Source: Clostridiales bacterium | GTDB lineage: Bacteria; Bacillota; Clostridia; DUOD01 | Assembly: GCA_012838995.1 (NCBI GenBank) | Contig: DUOD01000003.1 | Location: 10,602 to 74,601, forward strand | Direction of reading: 5' to 3' | DNA: 64,000 nt | Shown here: in pieces, positions 20,657-29,273 of the stretch | Layout of the letters: each line of letters opens with the position of its first letter | How positions within the stretch are numbered: position 1 is the stretch's first letter | The notes under the pieces: generated by a model | What the model was told of the DNA's origin: nothing | The model's database searches: none | Seen by the model: only the letters and a program-made list of their open reading frames with translations | Program-made: the position numbers and the translations under genes

Positions 20657-20673
20657 TAATAGGGGATGAGGCT

Positions 20674-21984
20674 ATGAATAATAACTACTTCCATTCAGTA
20701 AGGCTTGATAAGGAAAAATGCAAGGGCTGTACAAATTGCATAAAACGATGCCCCACTGAAGCCATTAGGGTAAGGGACGGCAAAGCGAAAATAATGGATG
20801 AGCGGTGTATCGACTGTGGTGAATGTATAAGGATATGCCCGTATCATGCCAAGAAGGCCGTTACCGATGATTTGAAGGCCCTTGATAAATACAAGTACAA
20901 TATAGCGCTACCCGCCCCGACTCTGTATGGACAGTTTAAGGGGCTGACCGATATCAATTATGTATTATCCGCCCTGTTATCCCTTGGCTTTGATGATGTT
21001 TATGAGGTAGCTTGGGCTGCGGATATTGTATCTGCTAAAATACGTTCCCTTATTAAGGATAAAAAAGGAAAGAAACCCTATATATCATCGGCTTGTCCTG
21101 CCATTGTAAGGCTTATACAAGTAAGGTTTCCAAATCTTATAGATAATATAATAGATGTTCAATCCCCCATGGAGGTTGCGGGGTTATTGGCAAGAAAGGA
21201 GGCGGCGGGAAAATACTCTCTTGACGATAAAGACATAGGCGTGTTTTTTATCACTCCCTGTGCAGCCAAAATGACCAGCATCAAAAATCCGGTGGGCATG
21301 GCAAAGTCATATGTAAATGGTGCCATTGCCATACCCAGTGTATATGGGATGCTGTCTTCAACCATGAAAAAGGAAAACGTTAAGAAACTTCAACGTTCAA
21401 CGGCCTACGGAATCGGCTGGGCAAATTCCGGCGGAGAAAGCAATGCCTTAGGTGTGGAAAACTATCTTGCAGTGGATGGCATCCAAAATGTTATTAAAGT
21501 ACTCGATGAGATAGAGAACAACAAGTTAAATGACCTGGATTTCTTCGAAGGGTTGGCCTGTACCGGTGGTTGCGTCGGGGGTCCCCTTACCGTAGAGAAC
21601 GGTTTTGTTGCAAAAAACAGGATAAAGAGGCTTGTTAAAAACAATGAAAAGGTAAGGCTGTCACAGCATCAATTAGATGATGTGTGTAAAGATATTGCTA
21701 TCCATTACTCGGAAGAAATTTTGCCCAAAAGCATCATGAAGCTGGATGACGATGTGGCCAAAGCCATAGAAAAGATGAACTTAATTGACAAAATATACGA
21801 CGATCTTCCGGGTCTTGATTGCGGTTCGTGCGGCTCCCCCAGTTGTAAGACTCTGGCGGAGGATATAGTAAGGGGCTATGCTTCGGAGATGGACTGTATA
21901 TTTAAGCTCCGTGAAAAGGTGAAGGGACTGGCGCAACAGATGATTGAATTGTATAATAAAATACCTACCGGCAAAGAACGATAG
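20674..21984 (+). CDS. HydS-like putative sensory [FeFe]-hydrogenase paralog (2x[4Fe-4S] + H-cluster domain with non-catalytic substitutions + C-terminal Cys4 cluster)
   Basis: The N-terminus has CKGCTNCIKRCP and CIDCGECIRICP. The H-cluster motifs are altered: L1 is SSACPAIV where the canonical motif is TSCCPGW, L2 is TPCAAK where it is MPCxxK, and L3 is EGLACTGGCVGGP with Leu in place of Met. The C-terminus has CGSCGSPSC. Confidence 0.8.
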   Translation: MNNNYFHSVRLDKEKCKGCTNCIKRCPTEAIRVRDGKAKIMDERCIDCGECIRICPYHAKKAVTDDLKALDKYKYNIALPAPTLYGQFKGLTDINYVLSALLSLGFDDVYEVAWAADIVSAKIRSLIKDKKGKKPYISSACPAIVRLIQVRFPNLIDNIIDVQSPMEVAGLLARKEAAGKYSLDDKDIGVFFITPCAAKMTSIKNPVGMAKSYVNGAIAIPSVYGMLSSTMKKENVKKLQRSTAYGIGWANSGGESNALGVENYLAVDGIQNVIKVLDEIENNKLNDLDFFEGLACTGGCVGGPLTVENGFVAKNRIKRLVKNNEKVRLSQHQLDDVCKDIAIHYSEEILPKSIMKLDDDVAKAIEKMNLIDKIYDDLPGLDCGSCGSPSCKTLAEDIVRGYASEMDCIFKLREKVKGLAQQMIELYNKIPTGKER

Positions 21985-21996
21985 GGGTGTATGCTA

Positions 21997-22338
21997 ATGA
22001 AGGTAAAGGTTTTGTGTGAAAAGCTCGGTCTGTCCGTAATAGCAGGAAATGAATATTTAAACAGGGAAATAAAATCGGGGTATTGTTGCGATCTTCTTAG
22101 TTTAGTGATGTCCAAGGCTGACAAGGGATGTTGCTGGGTTACGGTACAAACCCATCCAAATATTGTGGCTGTGGCTTCCCTGCTGGAGGTGGGATGTATA
22201 ATAATTCCCGAAGCCATTCAAGTGGAAGATAATACGCGCAAAAAGGCGGAGCAGGAGGGTATTCCCATCCTTTCTTCGGATATGAACGGATTTGAGCTGT
22301 GCGGGAGATTGTATAGCCTACTGGGGGAGGGCCGATAG
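21997..22338 (+). CDS. DRTGG-domain protein (second copy)
   Basis: ~113 aa, paralogous to the gene at 19865. A GGGGTG RBS lies 8 nt upstream of ATG 21997. Confidence 0.7.
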   Translation: MKVKVLCEKLGLSVIAGNEYLNREIKSGYCCDLLSLVMSKADKGCCWVTVQTHPNIVAVASLLEVGCIIIPEAIQVEDNTRKKAEQEGIPILSSDMNGFELCGRLYSLLGEGR

Positions 22339-23052
22339 TTGAGCAAATGGTCCTATGATCTCCATATTCATACAGCTCTATCCCCTTGTGCCTCTGACGA
22401 TATGACTCCCAACAATATTGTTAACATGTCCGTATTAAAGGGTTTGGATGTGATAGCCATAACCGATCATAACAGCTGCAACAACGCCCAGGCCGTTATA
22501 AAGGTGGGGTTTGATAAGGGTCTTAAAGTTTTGCCCGGTATGGAGGTGCAAACCCAGGAAGAAGTCCACTTGCTTTGTTTGTTTGGAGACATAGACAGGG
22601 CGATGGGTTTTCAGGATATCTTATATAAAACATGGCCTTACCTGCCCAATGACCCACAGCTTTTCGGCGAACAGTTAATTTTCGATGATAAGGACAATAT
22701 TATCGGTAAAGAGGACAGGCTGCTTCTAACATCGGTAAACATGTCCATAGAAGAGGTATGTTATCATGTGACTGAAAGGGAGGGCATAGTAATACCCGCC
22801 CATATAGACAGACAGTCGTACAGCATTATCTCAAACCTCGGGTTTATACCCGAAACGGCAAATTTCACCCTTGTGGAAATAAGCAAGGATTGTGACTTTG
22901 ATGAGCTTCGTAAAAAATATCCTTATCTGAAAAATTATTATCCTATTATCAATTCAGATTCCCACTCCCTTGGGTCCATCATGGAACCCATTCATTTCCT
23001 TACTCCCCATCATTTAAATTTATTGCGAACGGTTATGAAAAAAATAAGATAA
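22339..23052 (+). CDS. PHP-domain metal-dependent phosphoesterase
   Basis: PHP motifs YDLHIHTALSPCAS and DVIAITDHN are present. Start is TTG with a GGGGGAGGG RBS 7 nt upstream, and the start overlaps the preceding stop. Confidence 0.75.
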   Translation: MSKWSYDLHIHTALSPCASDDMTPNNIVNMSVLKGLDVIAITDHNSCNNAQAVIKVGFDKGLKVLPGMEVQTQEEVHLLCLFGDIDRAMGFQDILYKTWPYLPNDPQLFGEQLIFDDKDNIIGKEDRLLLTSVNMSIEEVCYHVTEREGIVIPAHIDRQSYSIISNLGFIPETANFTLVEISKDCDFDELRKKYPYLKNYYPIINSDSHSLGSIMEPIHFLTPHHLNLLRTVMKKIR

Positions 23053-23208
23053 ATATTTGTTAAATTTTTGCCAAAACTAATGCAAACTTATAAGTTTTAT
23101 GTTAAAATGGTATAGAATTTATATTGATAAATTTTTATCAATAATAAATTAGAGCTCTTATGGGACTTATATTTATTTTTATGTGTATTTTGAGGGGGGA
23201 GAGAAAAA

Positions 23209-23688
23209 ATGTCTCGATGCAAAAATTGCACCAATAAACTAAGTTTTGAAAAATTAGAAAAAGTAATTGAAAAATACAAGGATAAGGAAGGGGCATTAAT
23301 GCCGATAATGCACGAAGCTCAAGAAATCTTCGGCTATCTTCCTATAGAAGTGCAGAATTATATAGCAGAAGCATTGAAAATACCCATAACCGATGTATAT
23401 GGCGTAGCCACCTTTTATTCCCAGTTTTCTTTGAAGCCAAAGGGAAAATATAATATTTCCGTTTGTATGGGCACCGCTTGTTATGTCAAAGGGGCCCAAA
23501 AAATATTAGACAGGCTTAAAGAGGAATTAAATGTAGAAGTCGGAGAAACCACAGAAGACGGAAAATTTACCATTACCGCCACCCGTTGTCTGGGAGCTTG
23601 TGGATTGGCACCTGTAATAATGGTAAATGATGATGTCTACGGCAGATTGGTAGAGGATGATATACCGGGCATTATCAAAAAGTATTAA
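23209..23688 (+). CDS. NADH-linked [FeFe]-hydrogenase NuoE-like [2Fe-2S] subunit (HndA/HydC type)
   Basis: NuoE/thioredoxin-like fold with CMGTACYVKG and CLGACGLAP. A GAGGGGGGAG RBS lies upstream. Confidence 0.9.
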   Translation: MSRCKNCTNKLSFEKLEKVIEKYKDKEGALMPIMHEAQEIFGYLPIEVQNYIAEALKIPITDVYGVATFYSQFSLKPKGKYNISVCMGTACYVKGAQKILDRLKEELNVEVGETTEDGKFTITATRCLGACGLAPVIMVNDDVYGRLVEDDIPGIIKKY

Positions 23689-23690
23689 AA

Positions 23691-24233
23691 ATGCGCGACT
23701 TATCCCTTCATATACTGGATATCGTTCAGAATTCCATAGATGCGGCCGCTGATTTTATACAAGTAACGGTAGATGTACAACCGAAAGAAGACCGGCTGGT
23801 AATAACCGTTAGCGATAACGGGAGGGGAATGGATGAAGCGCTGGTGGAAAAAATAACCGATCCCTTCGTAACGGGAAGGACTACCAGAAAAGTAGGTCTT
23901 GGGTTGGCTTTACTGGAAGCGGCGGTGCAAAGAAGCGACGGCGATCTTAGCATCAGCTCCCGGCCGGGAGTGGGGACAACGGTAACGGCGCGGTTTAGAT
24001 ACCGACATATAGACAGGCCTCCCATGGGGGATTTAACGCAAACAATAATCAGTTTGATCCTATGTAATCCTGATATAGATTTTTTATTTCGTTATATATA
24101 CGGCCAAAGGGAATTCAAACTGGATACCAGGGAGATAAGGGCACATATCGGCGATATGGACATCAACGATATAAGGATTGTTGATTGGATAAGGGAATAT
24201 GTGCAGGCAGGAATAGAAGGAAAAATTGATTAA
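23691..24233 (+). CDS. stand-alone histidine-kinase-like ATPase (HATPase_c) protein embedded in hydrogenase operon
   Basis: N-box HILDIVQNSIDA, then SDNGRGMD and GLGLALLEA. There is no DHp/His-phosphotransfer domain and no sensor domain. Confidence 0.7.
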   Translation: MRDLSLHILDIVQNSIDAAADFIQVTVDVQPKEDRLVITVSDNGRGMDEALVEKITDPFVTGRTTRKVGLGLALLEAAVQRSDGDLSISSRPGVGTTVTARFRYRHIDRPPMGDLTQTIISLILCNPDIDFLFRYIYGQREFKLDTREIRAHIGDMDINDIRIVDWIREYVQAGIEGKID

Positions 24234-24251
24234 CTAATGGAGGTGTCGAGA

Positions 24252-24632
24252 GTGAAGAGTATAAAAGAGCTGGAAGAAATAAGGAAAAAAACTTTGGAAA
24301 AGGTCAATCTACGGAAGGACAGGAAAGGTACCAGAGTGGTTGTGGGTATGGCCACATGTGGCATAGCCGCAGGCGCAAGACCGGTACTTTTATCATTCGT
24401 AGAAGAGATAAATAAGCGAAAATTAATGGATGTGACCGTATCTCAAACGGGGTGCATAGGTGTATGTAGATTGGAACCCATTGTAGAAGTTTATAAACCG
24501 GGACAGGATAAAGTAACATATGTAAAGATGACACCGGATAAGGTTGCAAAGGTGGTATCTGAACATATAGTCAATGACAGGCCGGTTATAGAATATACAA
24601 TAGGATATGTAGAAAATAGACAGAACAAGTAA
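24252..24632 (+). CDS. thioredoxin-like [2Fe-2S] ferredoxin subunit (HndB type)
   Basis: Cys ligands lie in VVGMATCGIAAG and TGCIGVCRLEP. A GGAGGTG RBS lies 6 nt upstream of GTG 24252, and the ORF track start 24237 is an alternative. Confidence 0.75.
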   Translation: MKSIKELEEIRKKTLEKVNLRKDRKGTRVVVGMATCGIAAGARPVLLSFVEEINKRKLMDVTVSQTGCIGVCRLEPIVEVYKPGQDKVTYVKMTPDKVAKVVSEHIVNDRPVIEYTIGYVENRQNK

Positions 24633-24653
24633 TTTGTAAGGGAGGTATAAAAA

Positions 24654-26450
24654 ATGGATTTTTTTCGTTCTCATGTTTTGATATGTGGCGGGACCGGATG
24701 CCATGCATCGGGTTCTGATGATCTGATAGAGGAATTTGACAGGCTCATTGAAGAGAAAAAATTGCAAAGGGAAGTAAAGGTAGTAAGAACAGGTTGTTTT
24801 GGTCTTTGCGAATTAGGCCCTGTGGTGATTGTCTATCCCGAAGGAGCGTTTTACAGCAGGGTTAATAAAGAGGACGTACAGGAAATAGTAGAGGAACATT
24901 TAATAAAGGGTAGGATAGTAAAGAGGCTGTTATACCACGATAGCATCGCCAAAGACGATACAATAAAATCTTTATCGGATGTTGGTTTCTACAAAAAGCA
25001 GAAGAGAATAACTTTGAGAAACTGTGGTGTAATAGATCCCGAGAACATCGACGAATATATCGCCTTTGACGGATATAAAGCCCTGGCCAAGGTACTGACG
25101 GAAATGTCCAGAGAAGAAGTTATCCAAACCATTAAATTGTCCGGCCTTAGGGGAAGGGGCGGCGGTGGTTTCCCTACGGGTTTGAAATGGGAGTTCACCT
25201 ATAGGGCCAAGGGCGACAAGAAGTATGTATGCTGTAACGCCGACGAGGGAGACCCTGGTGCCTTCATGGACAGGAGTATCCTTGAAGGTGATCCCCATTC
25301 AGTGCTGGAAGCCATGGCCATAGCAGGTTATGCGGTAGGCTCTGATCAAGGGTATATATATGTCAGGGCGGAATATCCCATAGCGGTAAGAAGGCTTAAC
25401 ATTGCCATTGAACAGGCCAGGGAATACGGACTGTTGGGCAATAATATTTTCGGTTCGGGGTTTAATTTCGACATCGAACTTAGACTGGGTGCAGGTGCTT
25501 TTGTCTGTGGAGAGGAAACGGCGCTAATGGCTTCAATAGAAGGCAAAAGAGGAGAACCCAGACCCAGGCCTCCGTTCCCTGCCAGCAAGGGTTTGTTTGG
25601 CAAGCCAACCTTGCTCAATAATGTGGAAACCTATGCCAATATTCCCCCGATAATTCTAAAGGGTAGCGAATGGTTTTCCTCAATAGGAACGGAAGGCAGT
25701 AAAGGTACCAAGGTATTCGCCCTGGGCGGCAACATAAATAACACCGGTTTGTTGGAGATACCCATGGGTACCACTCTAAGGGAAATTGTATATGAAATAG
25801 GCGGTGGCATACCCGGCGGTAAGGAATTTAAAGCGGCTCAAACCGGAGGACCGTCCGGCGGTTGTATACCCGCTTCCCACCTGGATACGCCCATAGACTA
25901 TGACTCTCTTATGGAAGTCGGGTCGATGATGGGTTCGGGCGGATTAATAGTCATGGATGAAGATACATGTATGGTGGATATAGCAAGGTTTTTCCTGGAT
26001 TTTACCGTTGAAGAATCCTGCGGTAAGTGTCCGCCCTGCAGAATAGGTACCAAGAGGATGCTTGAGATACTGGATAGGATAACCAGTGGTAAGGGTCAGG
26101 AAGGTGACATCGAAAAACTTGAAACTCTGGCAAAAAATATTAAGGCTTCCGCCCTGTGCGGACTGGGGCAAACGGCACCAAACCCGGTATTGAGCACCTT
26201 GAGGTATTTCAGGGATGAATACGAAGCCCATATAAAAGAAAAGAAATGTCCGGCAGGGGCATGTACGGCCCTTTTAACCTACACCATTATCGATGATCTG
26301 TGCAAGGGTTGTAGCTTATGTGCAAAGCATTGTCCTGTAGAGGCGATAAGCGGGAAACCAAAATCTCCTTATGTTATTGACCAGGAAAAATGCATTAAAT
26401 GCGGTGTATGTATGGAAAAATGCCCCTTCAAGGCAATAGAGAAGAAATAG
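24654..26450 (+). CDS. NADH-binding NuoF-like flavoprotein subunit of [FeFe]-hydrogenase (HndC/HydB type)
   Basis: An N-terminal thioredoxin-like [2Fe-2S] domain precedes the NuoF core, with GLRGRGGGGFPTGLKWEF (FMN/NADH), a SLBB domain and C-terminal 2x[4Fe-4S] (CKGCSLCAKHCP, CIKCGVCMEKCP). Confidence 0.9.
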   Translation: MDFFRSHVLICGGTGCHASGSDDLIEEFDRLIEEKKLQREVKVVRTGCFGLCELGPVVIVYPEGAFYSRVNKEDVQEIVEEHLIKGRIVKRLLYHDSIAKDDTIKSLSDVGFYKKQKRITLRNCGVIDPENIDEYIAFDGYKALAKVLTEMSREEVIQTIKLSGLRGRGGGGFPTGLKWEFTYRAKGDKKYVCCNADEGDPGAFMDRSILEGDPHSVLEAMAIAGYAVGSDQGYIYVRAEYPIAVRRLNIAIEQAREYGLLGNNIFGSGFNFDIELRLGAGAFVCGEETALMASIEGKRGEPRPRPPFPASKGLFGKPTLLNNVETYANIPPIILKGSEWFSSIGTEGSKGTKVFALGGNINNTGLLEIPMGTTLREIVYEIGGGIPGGKEFKAAQTGGPSGGCIPASHLDTPIDYDSLMEVGSMMGSGGLIVMDEDTCMVDIARFFLDFTVEESCGKCPPCRIGTKRMLEILDRITSGKGQEGDIEKLETLAKNIKASALCGLGQTAPNPVLSTLRYFRDEYEAHIKEKKCPAGACTALLTYTIIDDLCKGCSLCAKHCPVEAISGKPKSPYVIDQEKCIKCGVCMEKCPFKAIEKK

Positions 26451-26479
26451 AGCAAATAAGCGGAAAAGGAGTGAAAGGG

Positions 26480-28222
26480 ATGGATATGGTAACAATAACC
26501 ATAGACGGAAAGGAAGTAAAAGTTCCCAGCAATTATACCGTTCTCGAAGCTGCAAGAAGCGTTAATATAGATATACCCACCCTTTGTTATTTAAAGGGTA
26601 TAAACGAAATAGGTGCATGCAGGATGTGTCTTGTGGAAGTTAAGGGGGCAAGGTCGCTGCAGGCTGCCTGTGTCTATCCGGTGTCGGACGGCTTAGAGGT
26701 CGTGACCAATTCCCCCGCGGTGAGGGAGGCAAGAAAGGTTAATTTGGAGCTTATTCTGTCCAACCATGACAGAAAATGCCTGACTTGTGTCAGAAACGGC
26801 AATTGTGAGCTCCAAAAACTGGCGGAACAATTAAATGTACAAGAGATCAGGTTTGACGGTGAAAACATTAAACGAAATATTGATAATGCATCGCCTTCTA
26901 TAGTAAGGGATGCAAACAAGTGCATCCTGTGTAGAAGATGTGTCAGCGTATGCCACGATGTACAGGGTGTTGGGGTAATCTCGGCAACTGAGCGGGGCTT
27001 TGATACAATAATAGAGCCTGTTTTCAACAAAAGCCTGGATGAGGTGCCCTGCGTTAAGTGTGGACAGTGTATTATGGCTTGTCCTGTAGGCGCGCTAAGG
27101 GAAAAGGATGATATTGATAAGGTATGGGATGCCATCAATGATCCCGAGCTTCATGTTGTGGTACAGACGGCACCGGCAATAAGGGTTTCTCTGGGTGAAG
27201 AATTCGGCCTGCCCATGGGGACCAGGGTTACCGGAAAAATGGTATCCGCATTAAGGAAGCTAGGCTTTGATAAGGTGTTCGATACGGATTTCGCAGCCGA
27301 CCTAACTATAATGGAGGAAGGAACAGAACTTTTAGATAGGTTGAAAAATGGCGGCAAGCTGCCACTTATTACATCCTGCAGCCCTGGATGGATAAAATAT
27401 TGCGAGCATTTCCATCCGGACATGTTGGAAAATTTATCAACCTGTAAGTCTCCCCATGAAATGTTGGGGGCGTTGGTTAAATCCTACTACGCCGAAAAAG
27501 AAGGGATAGATCCCTCCAAGATAGTCGTGGTTTCAATCATGCCCTGTACGGCTAAAAAGTTTGAGGCCCAAAGACCGGAATTGAGCGCAACGGGCTATCC
27601 TGATGTGGATATTGTATTAACCACCAGAGAGCTGGCCCGTATGATAAAGGAGGCCGGTATAGACTTTAATACTTTAGAGGATGAAGACTTTGATGATACG
27701 CTGGGCATATCAACGGGTGCCGGGGTTATATTCGGAGCCACCGGCGGTGTTATGGAGGCAGCCTTAAGGACGGTAGCTGAATTGGCCACGGGTAAAGAGT
27801 TGAAAAATATTGAATATAAAAATGTAAGGGGTATAGACGGCGTAAAGGAAACCCAGGTGGAAATGGGCGATATGAAGATTAATGCTGCCGTTGCCCATGG
27901 TTTGGGAAATGCAAAAAAATTGCTGGATAAGGTAAAATCCGGTGAAAAGGAATACCATTTTATTGAGATAATGGGTTGCCCCGGCGGCTGTGTAACAGGG
28001 GGTGGACAGCCCATACTAAGCGCTAAGGAGCTTATGGATATAGATCCCAAGGTTGAAAGGGCCAAGGCTATTTATTCCGAGGATGAATCCTTAACCTTTA
28101 GGAAGTCCCATGAAAACCCGCAGATTAAAGCATTATACGAAGAATTTTTGAAGGAACCCAACAGTCATAAGGCCCATCAACTCCTTCATACCCATTACAA
28201 AAAAAGGATTAAATACTGCTAA
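26480..28222 (+). CDS. hydA: [FeFe]-hydrogenase catalytic subunit (HydA/HndD type) with atypical L1 motif TSCSPGW
   Basis: An N-terminal [2Fe-2S] plant-type ferredoxin domain, a His-ligated [4Fe-4S] and 2x[4Fe-4S] precede the H-cluster domain. The H-cluster domain has L1 TSCSPGW, L2 MPCTAKKFE and L3 EIMGCPGGCVTGGGQP. An AAAAGGAGTG RBS lies upstream. Confidence 0.9.
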   Translation: MDMVTITIDGKEVKVPSNYTVLEAARSVNIDIPTLCYLKGINEIGACRMCLVEVKGARSLQAACVYPVSDGLEVVTNSPAVREARKVNLELILSNHDRKCLTCVRNGNCELQKLAEQLNVQEIRFDGENIKRNIDNASPSIVRDANKCILCRRCVSVCHDVQGVGVISATERGFDTIIEPVFNKSLDEVPCVKCGQCIMACPVGALREKDDIDKVWDAINDPELHVVVQTAPAIRVSLGEEFGLPMGTRVTGKMVSALRKLGFDKVFDTDFAADLTIMEEGTELLDRLKNGGKLPLITSCSPGWIKYCEHFHPDMLENLSTCKSPHEMLGALVKSYYAEKEGIDPSKIVVVSIMPCTAKKFEAQRPELSATGYPDVDIVLTTRELARMIKEAGIDFNTLEDEDFDDTLGISTGAGVIFGATGGVMEAALRTVAELATGKELKNIEYKNVRGIDGVKETQVEMGDMKINAAVAHGLGNAKKLLDKVKSGEKEYHFIEIMGCPGGCVTGGGQPILSAKELMDIDPKVERAKAIYSEDESLTFRKSHENPQIKALYEEFLKEPNSHKAHQLLHTHYKKRIKYC

Positions 28223-28273
28223 TTCCATGTTGTTGTAGCAACAGATTTTACAGTCCGTAGAATAAAGTTTTAT

Positions 28274-28311
28274 GGGGGACCGGTCCGATTACGAACGGGT
28301 CCCCTTTTTTT
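28274..28311 (+). terminator. rho-independent terminator after hydrogenase operon
   Basis: Sequence GGGGACCGGTCCgattacgaacGGGTCCCC followed by TTTTTTT. Confidence 0.8.
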
Positions 28312-28366
28312 ATGCTGAATCAAGAACTTCGAAAAAGCCAATAATAACCCAGAAGCTTTTTTAAGG

Positions 28367-28735
28367 ATGATGGGAATGAGGAAGATGGAATATATAAAGG
28401 TTATTATCTGCGGACTGGCTACAGGATTGTTTAACGGTTTGTTCGGGGCCGGCGGTGGTATAGTTTTAGTTCCGTCCCTGGTATTGTTGCTGGGCGTTGA
28501 GGAACATGATGCCCATGCCACCGCCATTTCAGTTATACTGCCCCTCACCCTGATAAGCGCTTTTATATACTATACCAAGGGCATTGCTAATTGGGATATC
28601 ACCTTGAGGGTGGCTTTAGGCGGAATGTTGGGGGGTTATATAGGGGCAAAGGTAATGAACCGGTTATCGGCAAATCTTCTGAGAAAGATTTTTTCAATAT
28701 TTATGGTGGCGGCAGCCATTAGGATGATGGTGTAA
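28367..28735 (+). CDS. TSUP/TauE-SafE family half-size (4-TM) membrane protein
   Basis: DUF81 pattern with GLFNGLFGAGGGIVLVPSLVLLLG. The exact start is ambiguous among ATG 28367, 28376 and 28385. Confidence 0.7.
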   Translation: MMGMRKMEYIKVIICGLATGLFNGLFGAGGGIVLVPSLVLLLGVEEHDAHATAISVILPLTLISAFIYYTKGIANWDITLRVALGGMLGGYIGAKVMNRLSANLLRKIFSIFMVAAAIRMMV

Positions 28736-29103
28736 TGCTGTTGTTTTTGATCGGTTTGTTATCCGGTATCATAGGCGGCATGGGGATAGGGGGCGGCACC
28801 ATATTAATACCTGCCTTGATATTGGTCGTTGGTCTAAAACAGCATATGGCCCAAAGTGTAAATCTTTTATCCTTTATTCCTACCGCAATTATTGCATTGA
28901 CAATACATTGGAAAAATAAGAACATTAAATGGAAGCTGGCCCTTCATATAATCCTTTTCGGAATTGTTGGAGCGGTTATAGGCTCATATCTGGCGGTCTG
29001 CCTTGCGCCGGGATCTTTAAGGAGAATTTTCGGTGCATTTTTACTAATTATGGGAGTGTATGAATTTTTCAGGAAGGGGAAGGTAGGCGAAAAAAAGACG
29101 TAA
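28735..29103 (+). CDS. TSUP/TauE-SafE family half-size (4-TM) membrane protein, second half
   Basis: Contains GIIGGMGIGGGTILIPALILVVG. The start overlaps the upstream stop in a TAATG arrangement, consistent with a split two-gene TSUP transporter. Confidence 0.7.
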   Translation: MLLFLIGLLSGIIGGMGIGGGTILIPALILVVGLKQHMAQSVNLLSFIPTAIIALTIHWKNKNIKWKLALHIILFGIVGAVIGSYLAVCLAPGSLRRIFGAFLLIMGVYEFFRKGKVGEKKT

Positions 29104-29273
29104 CATATGGGCTTTGGCATTTAACAAATAAATCTATATAAACATTCGAAGAAAATATGTTATAATAACATGGATTGTAAATTAAGCCCTATAAAATAAA
29201 AATTTTAGTTTTTTAATATACAAAACAGTAGATGGTTATTTTCTGTATCCAGATAAAAAGTGAGGTGTAAGCG

